DNA from: Octopus sinensis
Lineage: Eukaryota
Direction: 5' to 3'
NCBI RefSeq assembly: GCF_006345805.1
Contig: NC_043000.1
Coordinates: 13,888,001 to 13,952,000, forward strand
DNA: 64,000 nucleotides
A program made the translations under genes and the position numbers. Every line of letters begins with the position of its first letter. The stretch's first letter is position 1. Below the pieces are notes generated by a model. The model was given only the letters and a program-made list of their open reading frames with translations, was not told the origin of the DNA and did no database searches. Of this stretch, positions 12,044 to 26,119 are shown piece by piece.

Positions 12044-14509
12044 GTTTGTTTTAACTGTGTTATAGCCATATTCCATGCTGTCATGGAAGAATTAGGAACA
12101 TGTAAAATTATGTGTGAACCAAACTAAAAAAGAACTTTAACCTACTTCCTTGTTTCAGATCAACAATTATTTTTAAAGGCTCACAAGTAATTATTAAACA
12201 ATAATTCCAGGTAGACTATCAACTGTAAATCTAATAATATAGCTAATATAGTTTTTTATAAAAATTTTGACTTATTTTCCTCATATATTAAGGAAAAAAG
12301 AATTTATATATCTAAATTATGTGTTTATTATTTCTGGGCTGTGTTTCTATGTTCCATTATTAACAGTTTTTGCTCTAAGATAAAAAAATATTTGTAATGG
12401 GTGGATTCTTTTTCACACTGGAATAATTTTGCAACTTTAGCTTTAAGTTTGTAGCTAAATGTTTGGCATAGCTATAGGTATTCATGAATTATTAAACACC
12501 TTAGAAATATCTATTAGCTCACACACACACACACACACACTCGTCATTGTTGTGCGTCTTCTTTCCATGCTGTTATAGGACAAGTCAGAGGATTGCATTT
12601 TGCTCTTGTTTCATTTTGGGCTTGGTTTTTATGGATTGACACCCTCTCTACAGCACAGGCTGTACTGGATGCTTTTTCTTCTGTGACACTAGCATTAGAG
12701 AAGTTATGTTTTTAACAATACTAAAGTATTCCCACAACCTTATTTATACTTGACAAAGTGTATGGTGGCCATTTTTTCATAGCACCACCACAAGAGAGGT
12801 CACTGTTTTCTCAACACAACTAAAAAGACTTCTTATTCCCATGTTTCAACTCCTTTGCCTGTTTCTTTACAGAGTGTTAGGCATGACTGATAGTGACATT
12901 GGATGAGTGAAAGGAGTCCTTGGTATTCTGAGGCAGGTATGTTTATTCAAGGCACAGTGACTCCGGAGGTAAAATGATGACAGATACCCAAGATATGTGA
13001 GAGAAAAGGAGCAAGTGTGTGATGGCAGATAAGGTGAAATGACATGATCATTGGTAGTACAGGAGAAGAGGGTAAAGTTAGTGTATTGAGCAAAAGTGAT
13101 CCAATACAGTCTCCTATTACATAGACTTCATGGTGGGCTGGAAAGGTTAAGTGAAGAGAGTTGTGATTGGAGAACTAGAAAATGGGTGTGTCCTGTATTA
13201 ATGAATGACAGGAGCATGAGTGAGGGGAAAAACTAACTGAAAGATATCTGGGATAAAATACTCCAAGCTAAAAAAGATGGTATTCACCTCTTGTTGCTGA
13301 TTATTGCTTTATTCTCATACACTATAAACTAACTTTAGTCAATAGTCTGCCCCTCCCAACTACTTTACAATGTTTTGTTGTTTAGTCACAGGTCAGCCTT
13401 GATTAAGTAGATCTATGATCAAAAGCATTCCAACAAATGATTATACTGTCTTTTTGTATAACTAGGAATATACTGTCCCATGTGTCTTTCTTTTTAATGA
13501 TAGTAAGGTATATTTGAAAGAAGTTAAGTTGTTATATTTAACAGATCAAGTAATTGTATACAAGTTGCTGTGCCAGTTCAAAACTGAAACTTATTTTGCA
13601 AATTAAAACACCAACAGTAGCTTTTAAAATATTTTAAAATAATTTTTTGTTACTCCTATTCTGTTAATTTTTTTTTTTTTTTCTAGAAATAATTCTTGAT
13701 CTTTTCTATCAATCTGCAGACTTATGCTAGTGCTGTGTAAAAAGCACCCATGTTGGCGCCACATAAAAAGCTTCCATGCTCATTCCACATTAAAAACACC
13801 AAGCTGCTATCTGTAAAGTGGTTGGTGTTAGGAAGGGCATCCAACCTTAGAAACCATGCCAAAACAGACAATTGAAGCCTGGTGCAGCTCTCTGACTTGC
13901 CAGCTCCTGTCAAACTGTCCAAGTCATGCCAGCTTGGAAAATGGACATTAAATGATGATTGATTTCCATTTCAGTAAATTTATATCAAATATTGAGTTGA
14001 GAATGACATGTACATTGCTGTTAAAATATTGAAAAACTATTGATCCTTATAATTTTTATTGCTCTTCTTTCTTTCATTGAGTTTTTATCAGTTGATATAA
14101 AAGATAATGGCTATAATGTAAATGCATGAAATATTTATTGACTAAAGAGAGAACCTCAACCAGATTCTACATAGGCAAGGAACATGCAAGTTTTTCTAGA
14201 CGTGTAACGAGTGGGGTGGGTGGAATACCCATATTGTCGGCAGAGAGAATTGTATAGATGAAGTAACTGAGACAGTCAGAATATGTAAAAGGCTAATTAA
14301 GCTTTTACTAGTCTAAAAGCAATACAACAGTAATAGTGATTTATGTGGTTGAGGTACATATTCACCCCAATCAGGACTGACAGTTAAAGCAAAATGGTTT
14401 TTTCTCTGAGGCCCATTTGCAAACTACTTCAATTGTAAATGACAGCGATCTCATCACAACTGATGATGATAATGGGCATGCTGGCCAACACCATGCTCGC
14501 ACTAGCTCC

Positions 14510-15155
14510 CTGCATAGTCAACCAAGTTGTACAGGGATATGAATGGTATAACATCGTCATCAACTACTATAAGGGCACAGGAGATGTTCTAGAAAGAAAC
14601 AACTATAAAGGTATCAAGATTGATCAAGTTTCAAAAGTAACAGAATTATAGCACTATTATTGATGTGATGCAGTTCAGGTTTGTGCATTGAGAGTTTACC
14701 ACTAATACTCTCTTACTAACGAGGCAACTAAAGTGGAAGTTCTTAACTAAAAGTAAGCTACTATCTAGCAGTTATTGATCTAAGGAAAGCCCTTGATAGG
14801 GTTCCACTCTGTCCTGTCTAGTGGTCACTAAAACTACAAAAAAGAAAAGCTAGGTGTAGATGAATGACCTGTAAGATCCACACAAACCATGTACAGAGAT
14901 GTTTTTAACAAAGTGTGAGTTGGCAATGAGTTCCTGGTAGGGTCCATTAGGGTATGATTCTCAGTTCACTTTTGTTTATTATATTAGAGTTCTTCAGATT
15001 ATATAGCGAAGACTTAAGCTGTTGACATAGTTCTCGTAGCTGAACCTGGTGAAGAATTAGAGAAGAAATTTCAGTGGTGGAAACAAGGCCTAAAAGTGGG
15101 AGGCTTAAAAGTAAGTGTAGTAAAGACAAAAGTTTCAATTAGCAAGAAGACAGGT
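14510..15155 (+). mobile_element. Decayed RTE (BovB-like) RT fragment
   Basis: Remnant motifs IVNQVV, NYYKGTGDVLERNNYKGI, MQFRF, IDLRKALDRVP, KLGVDE, EELEKKFQWWKQGL, GLKV; many indels. Confidence 0.85.
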
Positions 15156-15573
15156 CTTTATGCTACACTCTATATTATACAATAAAGGAGAAAATAGGAA
15201 CACCATATGGAAAAAAGTAAAAAGCTATGGAATTATGCTGAATTTGACTGTAAAGTTTGACTTTATAACAGTTAAGTATTGTATTTAATGGGATATATAA
15301 GATACAGTTCTTTCCAGAAACATGTCTCAAAAATCACCCTGGATCTTATTATGTAAAGTTCGGTTAATATTACATGCTTTAAATGTACTAAAATCTTTTT
15401 TTCCTGAATATGCACTTCTGAAATCGGAGTGGAGGGAGCATCTAGTATACCTGTTCATCTTTTATGCAATCAAATACAGTAATGTATTTATCAACACATT
15501 TATTATTGGTACAACTAAATTGATGTATAATATATATACACACACACATACGCGCGCGCACATAATATATATA

Positions 15574-16447
15574 CAGGGTGTAGTGAATAAACTGTCGTCT
15601 AAATTATACAAAAATTAAAATAACACTGACATTTCATTTTAACAGATATACTTACCAAAATTACATAAAAATATCTTGAAATACTAATGAGTGAATTTAT
15701 TCAATAAAATCACCATTGGCTTCAACCACAGCCTCCAGACAACTTTAGAAACTCCTGCAACTCTTGTGGACAGTCTCCTTGTTTAAGTTGATGAGTTCTG
15801 CCATAATCCTTGCCTTCAGTTCATCCTTGGTGTTGCATGGATTTTTGTTGATCTCTCGCTCAACTGCACCCCACACGTAAGAATCAAAGGAGTCGCAGTC
15901 TGGGGAGTTAGTTGGCTAGATGTTAGGGGTGATGTGGTTGCAGAAATTGTCTGACAGCCATGACTGGGTTCTCCTGCTTGTGTGACATGATGCAAAATCC
16001 TGTTGCTAGACATAGGGTCTTCCAGCAGTCACCCTCTTGACCCAGGGCAGCACTACCTCCTCCAGGCACTTGATGTAGGCTTCCGGGTTGAGTCTGAGGC
16101 CATGTGGGAAGATGAATGGAGGCTTAACATTGCCATCTCTAGTAATCATTCCAAACACCATGATGTTGACTTGGTGTTTGATTTTTATCACTTTTGGTAC
16201 ATGTCCTCAGATTGACACCCAAACACTCTGAAATGTTTGTATTGGAGCTTATGGCATGAATACCAAACAGTACAGCATATTGTTTCCAAATTTCTGGCAG
16301 AGCGAATTGTGTCATAGTGCTATTTTTCTCACAGATGGTAACCCAACTGACCCTACTATACTGTGTAGTTGACAAAATCAAAAATGAACAATACGCATGT
16401 GCGAAATTAGAAATATAAAATGACGACAATTTACCTATTGCACCCTG
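15574..16447 (-). mobile_element. Tc1/mariner DD37D (maT-type) transposon, internally deleted and inactivated
   Basis: 26-bp TIRs starting CAGGGTG (15574-15599 and 16422-16447, 20/26 match); TA on the left flank, TG on the right. Transposase remnant from ATG 16315 to TAA 15697, with QQD-x37-D (..SPDCDSFD SYVWG); three in-frame stops. Confidence 0.92.
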
Positions 16448-16589
16448 TGTGTGTGTAGGTCCCTCTACCAAAAAAACCCCCAAAAAGGTAACTATGATCT
16501 GCAAATATTAACTCATCACCATCATTATCATCATTTTAATGTCTACTTGTCCATGCTTAGTATAAACTGTAGCTGTTTTGCACTGGGGA

Positions 16590-16800
16590 ATCATAGGTAT
16601 GCTGACAGAGAAGGAAAGCTTCAGATGTACAGCAGTAATTAGCAATAAGAGCACCTGAGAAATAAGCTCTTTAAAATGCTCAGAAGGCTCCATAGTGATA
16701 GTCAGTAGGTTCTCTTATCTAAGTGACCTAATTAACTGTGGAGGTGGTGTTCCAAAAACACAGTAGCCAGAATATGAACAGGGTGGAAAAGTGCATGACT
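16590..16800 (+). mobile_element. Highly decayed RTE fragment
   Basis: RFSYLSDLINCGGG resembles the RTE FxYLGDxISxGGG motif. Confidence 0.45.
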
Positions 16801-18448
16801 TCATGTTAGTGGACTATTGAAGCTTGTCTCAGAGATATGAAATCTTATCTTTATACCTCTTCACATCATTAGAGAGGTGTTGTACTGATAGAACTGTTGT
16901 ATGTAAGCCAGATCCGGACAGTTTGCTTGTGTCATTGAGTTACTTGATCTACTGGAAATAGCTACCAAATTCCATCAGATCATGCCTTACCATCTTGCAA
17001 AAAAAAAAAAGGAAGAACACATTAGCAAAAAGGTAGGATGGTGTTGGCTGCAATGCTTTCAATCAAAGATTTGCTCAATTTGGGCTGATCTGTGACAAAT
17101 AACAACCACCACTGAATCACCATATAAACTGTCTCAGGAAACTTTTCAGGAAAGCAGCAAAACAGTCCTGAATACAGACCTTCTTGAGCTTCTAGCCATT
17201 GCCCTCTACGGCAGAAAACTTCAAATGATAGGAACATCATCAAAGGTTTTGATGCTTTCAGCAAAGCAAAACTGCAAAATATCAAATGCCTAGAAATGCT
17301 TTTTTTTTTTTCTATTTCCCCAACAAACTATATGCATCCAACAGGTAATAGTATCTTCTACAGCCATATCAAATTGATCTGCCACAATCAAACACACTGC
17401 ATTTAGTCTGTGGTGATGGATGAGACAAAAGATTTTTTTTCAGTAAAGGTAGGGATTATCAGTCATGCACAGTATTGTTTTATAAATAATAATCAAAAAT
17501 CCAAACAATAAAAGAAGGTATGTTACATGAAAGCTACATTCTATAGATGATGATTTGCTAGAATATGCTGTAATAGATGAAACAAGAATAGAGAGGGTAC
17601 TTTCAGCACAAGATAATAGATATAAGACAGTGAAGAAGCTCCAGTACTGGGTAATTAGTTTCCAATACAATCCAGAGAAAAGCTTAGTTACTTCAATGTT
17701 TGCATGCCACACTTTATCAAATATATCAATATGTGTATTGTAATGGTTTTCTTAATTTAGCATGTTATCATCATCATCATCATTTTAAGTTCCTGTTGCA
17801 TTATGGTTTGGATTTAAGGACTGCATTGTGCTCCCAATGTCTGTTTTGGCATGGTTTCTGCAGCTGGATGCCCTTTTTAACACCTACTACTTTACAGCAG
17901 GTACTGGATATTTTGTTTTTTCATGTCACCAGTACTAGCATGGTTGCCATGCAGCTTGCAAGACTCTGAAACTCTGAGGGGGTTGCTTAATATTAGAAAA
18001 TGAAGGGTTGAAGTACAATAAAAGGCGCTAGAGCAGGACAAGCTTCTTGTTGTAAAGGAGCCACAAGACTATCTTTATTTTAAAAGAGAAGGTGAGAGTG
18101 ATCAGGTGGAGCTAGAAAGTTATAAAAATAGTGGTAAGGAAATGTTTGGGTGGGCCCTCAAGGTATGAAGTCAGTAGAAGTGGGTGGTGATGAGGAACTT
18201 AGAGTGTGCATGTGTAGTAGTTGCAAGAGTGTATAGGGAAGTGAGAGATGGGAATGTGTGAGGAGAGAGGGTATTCTAAAGGCACTAAATAATTGGTGAG
18301 TTATGCCATCATATAATATCTATGAAGTGAGTAAAGTTCCATTTATTAACCCTGTTGCCTGTGGTTTCATAAAAGAAATTCCAATCTGCACCCATTCTCA
18401 ACATATCTAAATGTAAAGGTGTGGATGACTGTTGTAGTGTAAATACAA

Positions 18449-18847
18449 AGGTGCAGACATTAGTTGTGTAATGAAGAAACTTGCTTTTCATCTATGTGGT
18501 CTTGGGTTCGATCCTACTGCATGGCACCTTGAACAGGTCTCTTCTATTATAGCCTCAGGCCAACCAAAACCTTGCGAGTGGATTTGGTAGACAGAAGTGC
18601 TTGTGAGTAGCCTTATGATGACATCATGCAATAGGTGTAAATGAGCTTCACCATCATCCAATTGATGTTTGTTTTCTGTTTTCCATGAAAAATATGTCTG
18701 GTTATGAGGAAATATTACCTTGCTTGGAAGCAGGTGAGGGTTGGTGACAAGAAGGGCACCCAGCTATAGAAAATAGGCCTCAACAAATTCCATTTGACTC
18801 CTGCATGCATGTTAATGTGGATGTTAAGTGATGTTTTCAATGATGAT
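18449..18847 (+). mobile_element. SINE family A head, RTE-type tail variant
   Basis: Same modules. Confidence 0.78.
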
Positions 18848-19958
18848 TGTTCATTCCTGAAAACTTAGTTTTAACTCCTCTGTGTTTCGTTTAATATTTG
18901 GTAAAAGAAAAATATGTTTAAGTTTGTAAGTTGAATCATTAAAACTTCAAAATAAGTGATTCTCTTGGTGTAAATATTATACATCTATGATGAAATTTAA
19001 ACTTGTTTTTCTAGATAGTCTATTTTGTGAGATAACCTGCTTGTTAATGTGTGAGATTCAATTGTAAAGAAAATTGGTTTAATTCATGTATTACTTATTT
19101 CAGTTAACGGTTCAAGTCGGAGCTTTGTTGCTCTTTTTAAAGAAAACTCTTGATTGATTTTCAATTCTTAAGATAGTCGTATAGCTTTAAAGAAGAAAAA
19201 TGTATTTGGAGAAAGAATAAGTGTCAAGAAATGGATCTAGTTATGATGATTTGGCACTGAATACAGATTTGATTACTTTTAACCTTGGTTTATAATAATC
19301 AAAAAGTATATTGTATGATATAAACTATATAATGCATTATTTTGAAATTCTCTTTTATACTTACTGTCTCCTTTTATGAAAAATGAGTTCAAATATATTG
19401 AAGGGGGTTTTACCTTAAGATGACTCCTTTTGATACCACCATGCTTGAGACCACTCTTGGTCCTGTAAAAATCTTAATGTTTTAAAGTGATCTACATTAA
19501 AACTTTCCAGTAAAATTTCATATTAAAATTATATTCTAAACACCATCATAATAATGACAAAATTCATCATCATCATTATTTAACATCCATTGTCCATGCT
19601 GGCATAAGTTGGACAGCTTGATTAGGGCTGGAATGCTGCACCAGACTCCAGTTTGATTTGGCAATTTTACTAAATTCTTCATTATTTTCAAAATTAATTG
19701 AAACACAGGTTGGTGTATGTCAAAAAGGGTTTAAGGTGGAATAAACAAAATGAATTTCATATGATTTTTGTTAAGAGATTAATATCTTGTCTTGATTTTA
19801 ATTTGGATAAAATTTGATATTTGTAAATTCCTATTTTAAGAAACAGAAGCTGTCAATATATCAACAATGAAATTTTTTAGAGGTATAAGATTATTTTTTT
19901 CTCTTTCAGAGTTTTCAACAATATGATTAAGATTTAATTTCTTTCTTTTTTTTTCTAG

Positions 19959-20010
19959 TGCAAGAAAAATTATGAAGAATATGTGTTTTTCATGTTGAGT
20001 CAACATTATA
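19959..20010 (+). CDS. Predicted internal exon (CKKNYEEYVFFMLSQHY, phase 0 to 1)
   Basis: Long pyrimidine tract ending ttttctAG; donor ata|GTAAGT; only one frame is open. Confidence 0.65.
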
Positions 20011-21059
20011 GTAAGTTACTTTGATAGTTTCAAGCACATTCTAAGTATTTTTGTCCCCAAACCACAAGTAGACCTTAATAACAGATATTTTATTTTTCTC
20101 TCTAACAAATCATCCAAACCATTCACTTAAGATGAACACAGGGTAATTTTTAAAAGAATATGGTGATGTTAACAAGAAAAAGTGATGGTGAGGTTTAAAA
20201 GTTAATAATCTTTACTAACATGATCTAAATAAGAATACAACATTGCCTTGATTCAGCAACATGGAGAACCATTCTTTCATATTTGACATAACTACTACTC
20301 TTCAAGAGTTCTTTGGTCTGCTACTATTTAAATTTTTCATCCAGCTTGTATTATCCATTCTCTTCTATTCATTTATGCCAGCATCCCCATTTCCTACTAG
20401 TGTTTTTCATGACCAGGTACTGTCCTAACTCAGTTTTTCTCAGAAGTAAATATTACACCTACATCTTTCTATATTCACTGACCAGTTTTTGCTGTAATAT
20501 AATAATTTACTTTTTCTAATTACATTTTGTGTATGCCTTTTCTTTCTGGAATTAATTATTTGTTTTAAAAACTTCAAAGTTACACAAACAGTAACAGAAA
20601 ACAAACTGATATATACACAGTCATTTTGCTTCTTCTTTTTTTTTTTGGTGGTAGGGTCTTCTATTTCCATTGCTTTCACTTTCAATTCATTACAGAACTA
20701 CATTGAGTCAGACCGTACTCTGTTCCAGTTTATACTCCTAACCCTTTCTACATCACTAGTTCTTTGGGATGTCTTCGTCTCAACTCTAGAAGTCCCTTGG
20801 TTTCTACAATATTTCCATGGTCCTCCATTCATCAATACATATTTCAATATGAATATATAATTTTTTCATTTTTGACTATATAATGACACACATCCTTTTC
20901 TTGGACTATCTCTTCCTTCCTTTTTTTCCTCCTCTCCGGCCTTTTTTCTCTTTGAGCCATGCTGAAAACATTTCTATTTTTCCATCTGAAACTTTCATTG
21001 AGCGTGAATCTAATATATTCACACTGTCCAATTTTTTCTTTTGTTTTTTATTCCCTCTT

Positions 21060-21060
<1 letters not shown>

Positions 21061-21152
<92 letters not shown>
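21061..21152. repeat. (CT)12(AT)26(AG)8 compound microsatellite
   Basis: Directly visible. Confidence 0.95.
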
Positions 21153-21153
<1 letters not shown>

Positions 21154-21388
21154 TATACATACATACATATACATGAGGGGTGCTGAAAAGTTCCTTACTT
21201 TGAGTAAAAGAAAATACAGGAGAATCAGTTATCATTTTATTCTACATATTTCCCTCTCAGATTTACACACTTATTGTGGAGATCCTTCAGTTTTTCTAAG
21301 CCCTGTAAAAGAACTCAAAAGGTTGGGCCTCCAACCAGACCTTTCACAATACTCTTAAAGCGAGGAACTTTTCAGTCCCCACCCCATA

Positions 21389-21425
<37 letters not shown>

Positions 21426-22339
21426 TGATATAGATATATATATGGAGACAGATTTTCTCACCTATCTTGGAATGATAATTACCTATTAAGTTGTTTTTTT
21501 TTTATTTCTTTTTACACCATATACAAATATTAGAGTCTGTTATATTGCTTGTAATGAACTTAATCATTACCTATTTCTCACCCTGACTGCATTGATTGTT
21601 TATTTCCCATTTCCCTTCAAATATAGTTCACCAGTTTTGCAATTATTACTTACCTAAAATAACTTACAAACCTGCTTCTTCCCATGACTGGACCGAGCTA
21701 AGTACCTCTCAATCTCATTTCCTGTACACAACATATGTGAAGATACCTATGTTTCAACATCCTTCCAACTTTTCAAGCTCTACTTGTCATCATATACATA
21801 TTATCTATCGGCTACACAAAAAAAGGATGGTAATATCGCTTATGCTTAATAGGAGAACTAACATTACTCAAACTTGATACCACCCTTACTATGCACAGTA
21901 GCAGCACATTGTGTGCTAATCCATATATGTTTCCTCTTTAGTATATTGATTTTGGCAGTGACTTTTGTTGGCTGAATATTCTTTCACCAACTACCGAACT
22001 TGTATTTTGTTACCTTATCACCGTTTTAATCTCGTACCTCTTTCATTTACCTGAGAAAATCTAATCTCCTTGATAGGTTGCTTTTACAGTGAGTGGCTTG
22101 AGGACTCCTAGCCTTTCTTAAAGTTGAAGTAAAAAAGAAATGTAAAGGAAAAAGGTGGAGTAAAAGAGGAAATAATAAATTGCAGAATGAAGAACTGAGA
22201 GTGAGGAAAAGAGGAGAATAGAAGGTGGCTAATAAGAAGAATGAGAACAAATAAGGAAAGTGAAGTAGAAAACTTGGAATCATATAGACAGATGACATAT
22301 TGTGATGTATGTGTTGTTAGTGTGGTTGAGGTTGGTCAT

Positions 22340-22668
22340 ATTTTCCACACGCCTGATATTCTACCATATCTAAAAGGCAGCACAAAAGTTTCATGCAGAC
22401 CGCCTTACTGGCACCTGTGCCCGTGGCATGTGTAAAAGATTCGAGCGAGGTCATTGCCAGTACCGATGATGATTTGTGCTTATAGGTATGGGTAGGCACA
22501 AAAATTGAATTGAAGTTAGCGAGTTTGGCTTTTTCACCTCCTTTCCTTCTGATAACTGAGTGTTGAAGCTGGCATATTGCATCTGCTGCAGCAATTCTTG
22601 CATCCACCTCTGCCTCCTATCTTCTATCATTTGTGAAAATGACCATAAACTGGAACTTCTCTACGTAC
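22340..22668 (-). mobile_element. RTE-clade (Rex3/Expander-like) C-terminal fragment, interrupted by a short repeat fragment at about 22395-22470
   Basis: VEKFQFMVIFTNDRR*EAEVDARIAAA..KAKLANFNSIFVPTHTY resembles the recalled Expander-type pattern VEKFKYLG.FTSDG..EID.RI..KAKL.VF.S.FVP.LTY. Confidence 0.65.
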
Positions 22669-22670
22669 TT

Positions 22671-22900
22671 GGCGGTGAGCTGGCAGAATTGTTAGCATGC
22701 TGGGCGAAATGCTTAGCAGTATTTCGTCTGCCATTACGTTCTGAGTTCAAATTCCACCGAGGTCGACTTTGCCTTTCATCCTTTCGGGATTGATTAAATA
22801 AGTACCAGTTATGCATTTGTGTCGATGTACTCGACTTAATCCCTTTGTCTATCCTTGTTTGTCCTCTCTATGTATAGCCCCCTGTGGGCAATAAAGAAAT
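22671..22900 (+). mobile_element. tRNA-headed SINE family B
   Basis: GGCGGTGAGCTGGCAGAA head, B box GAGTTCAAATTCC, central GTCGACTTTGCCTTTCATCCTTTCGGG..AAGTACCAG, tail AGCCCCCTGTGGGCAATAAAGAAAT. Confidence 0.9.
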
Positions 22901-24319
22901 ATAAATCTATAGCATAATGACAAGATTTCCTTGGCCAAAATGACTTCTATCCTGATTAGTCACTGATCTATTTTCATATCTGGAATAATACTACTACTAC
23001 TACTACATTCTCAAATATTGTAGAAACATCTAAAATAATCTCTCTATCTATTTAGAAAAGACTCACTCATCAACACTATCCACTCAAAGCACCCTCCTGT
23101 CAACATCCCGGCAGAGTTTTAGTCCCCACCAAACAGATTCTGCACTTTGCTTCTCATTTAATCATTCTCTCTCTCTAAATTTATAAAATTCCCTTCCTTC
23201 CCACAGTTTTCTGTAAACATCAATCTACTTCACCTATATTAGAGTAGGTTCTTTGCCAAGATCTTGGAGCATTCCATCTCCAATTGATCATCAATGCTTT
23301 TTAAGTTTAGGGAAATAGAAGAAAGGGATATTGCTGATGAAATCAACCACCATATTTGATTAGCATTTAATTTATTGATGCTGAGAGGATGAACAGCAGG
23401 GTTGATCCAAACAGGATCCAGACTCAGAATCTATGATCAAATTAACCCTTTAGCATTTAGAGAAACCATTTCTGGACCAGAATATTCCACCTGTTTTAGG
23501 TTCAAAGTTGCCAGATCTGACCTTTCATACCTACCCTGCAATGTCATTCTAAAAATTATTCATCACATCATCTAATTGTTGAACCTATGAGATAACAAAT
23601 GATTAATTCAAAACAATGTGAATAAATAATGGACGCTAAATGATGATGATACACCATGAAGCATTTTGTCTTATTCCCTACCCTCAATTAATAATGAAAA
23701 TCCTTCTTCCATTGAACACCTCTGTCCCACCTCTCCTCATTTAAGCAGTACTTAAACATAGATCCAGCATTTAATAATGGAGTTTTTCATCAAACACTAT
23801 AATATATCGTTGCTTTAGAGGCATCAATGTTTCTTTACTGCTTATATTCCTTATAGAAATATGTTTAAAATCAACCTCTTCTCTCACTCTTCTTCAGTAT
23901 GTTTAACCCTTTAGCATTCAGATTATTCTGTCAAATGTAATGCTTATTTATTCACATTATTTTGAATTAATCATGCATTATCTCGTAGCTTTTGGATTTC
24001 AGCAGCATTGTTGTTTATGTTTAGAATGACAAATGTTGGGTAGATGTGATAGGCCGGATCTGACCAGTCTGAACATAAAGCAGGTAGAATATCTGCACGG
24101 ATATGGCCGGATTGGATCTTTTCACTTTGACCGCCAGATTTAAAAAATAGTTTCTTTGTAACTAAACACTTTTAAACTTTGTATACTGGTAGAATGTGTT
24201 ACATAAAACATCTTTTTCTCTTGGCGTTCTTGAGAAAATTCTGTAGTTTGTAAGCTATTTGTTGCTAAGGGGTTAAATTTATGAAAGCATAAGGAAAAGA
24301 CACAGTTAAAAGATCTTTG

Positions 24320-24500
24320 ATTGCTCAACCTGCTAGAAATAGCAACACAATATTCCTCAAGTGAGAGCCTAATCTTTAGAAAAGGGACACATTTTATAAT
24401 GTAGTCATCGATGTACTATGTCTAGAAAAATTTAAGACAGGGTGGTCACCATTGGACTGCTTTTAATTGTAAGCCTGCTTGATCATTACTAACCTGTGAC
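24320..24500. repeat. Unclassified old dispersed repeat
   Basis: Motif CTGCTAGAAATAGC and colinear flanks recur near 8145-8300, 13385-13560 (opposite strand), 16950-17100 and 47720-47830. Confidence 0.5.
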
Positions 24501-25082
24501 TAGCAATAACTAAGGAAGAGGACTCAATTTCTTTTGACAGCTGATTGTTGAAGTGTTTTGGCTGAGGTGTTTTTTATGTACTTACACATCAAATATTTTA
24601 TGAGGCACACAGGATTCAGCAGCAGCTGACCTATGACTACTTATCTGATTTATTCACAGCTGACCTTATCTGAAGGCCATCTCATTCTTTGACCTGTGAC
24701 AGAGATAGTCATCCCATAGTTTAACTTAGTACTATTACTAAAAGCTCTCCATACCTTCCTTTCCTCCAGTATAATAGATTCTACAGGTCTTAGCTCTCTG
24801 ATTTCTCTTTTTCACATCTACCTGTTTTAATATGGATACTTAAAGCCTTCCTGCCATCTGCTGATGGTGAGTATAGTAAATTGTAATTTACTTTTGCACA
24901 GTATCATTCATATTTTATCTTGATAAAGTTTGTCCTTGTTAATTCAATCCTATTCTTTTAAATATTAATTTATGCTCACTGTTCTTTTTTTTTTCATGCT
25001 TATCAGTCATTTACATAAATTAGTTTTCTTCCTTGTTTAATGGAAAGGAATGTAGTCAGTCAGCTAGCCTGGTATATTACTG

Positions 25083-25345
25083 GTGTCATCTCTTGTGAAA
25101 GGTAGGAGAGTCCAGTTTGCTGGACGTTGTTGTAGAGCTGAAAAATAAGTAATTTCTACTCTTCTCCTCTGGAAGCCATCTACTTGCAATACCAGAGGGC
25201 GCACACTCTCCTACCCTGATGTAATCTCCAGGGATACAGGCATCCAGCAACAGGACCTCCATAATGCCATGATGGACCGTGAAGTCTGGCGTAGCATGGT
25301 AAATTCCATTGTCTCGACCACGGTCGAACAATGATGATGATGATG
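25083..25345 (+). mobile_element. 5'-truncated RTE-X-like LINE end with (TGA)n tail
   Basis: RVQFAGRCCRAE..LLLWKP..RGRTLSYPDVI.RDTG..MMDREVWR..EQ*; the stop codon is the first unit of the tail; candidate 9-bp TSD ATATTACTG at 25074-25082 and 25346-25354. Confidence 0.8.
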
Positions 25346-25809
25346 ATATTACTGATATACATTTTATTAAATATGAAGGAATGCCAGGCAAAACTAATCC
25401 TGTTTAGATAAACAAAATGCATCTGATTTGTGTAAAATGACTAAGTCAGCTCATTACTCTGTGCTATTTCTGCCATTCCTATTTGCATAAAATCTTTATA
25501 TACTCAGAAACTACACCAAAGAGAAAGAAAAGATCTGTACAAGATAAAAAATATAGTAAGATATACATTTCTGAACAATAAAACACTGACACAGAGTATT
25601 TAATACTTAACATAGTATCTTATCAAATTTGTATAAATGGGGATGTTTTAAAAAAGTTAAAAAAAATTATGCTTGAATTACAAGATTGTTACCATAATGC
25701 AACTTTTCTAGAATTTAAGTGAAACTTAATTTGTAAAGTGTAAATAGATTGTATAATTCATATATATGTGTGTGTATATATATATATATATATATGTATA
25801 AAATGTGTG

Positions 25810-25858
<49 letters not shown>

Positions 25859-26075
25859 TGTACTTGCATAGCAAGTGACTTGATCTGAGATCGTGTGCTG
25901 GAACAAAAACAATTGCAGTGTGGAAGGTGTTTATAAGCCATTTAAGAAACACACAAAATCATTAGATTCACTTCAACATTTAAATTTAATTTGTCAAACT
26001 ATTTTCGTCGCTTTGAGACCGCGACCTGTTCATTGACAAAGCTTTGTGCTGCATCTCTTGAAATTTTCTTTTGTT

Positions 26076-26116
<41 letters not shown>

Positions 26117-26119
26117 CGT

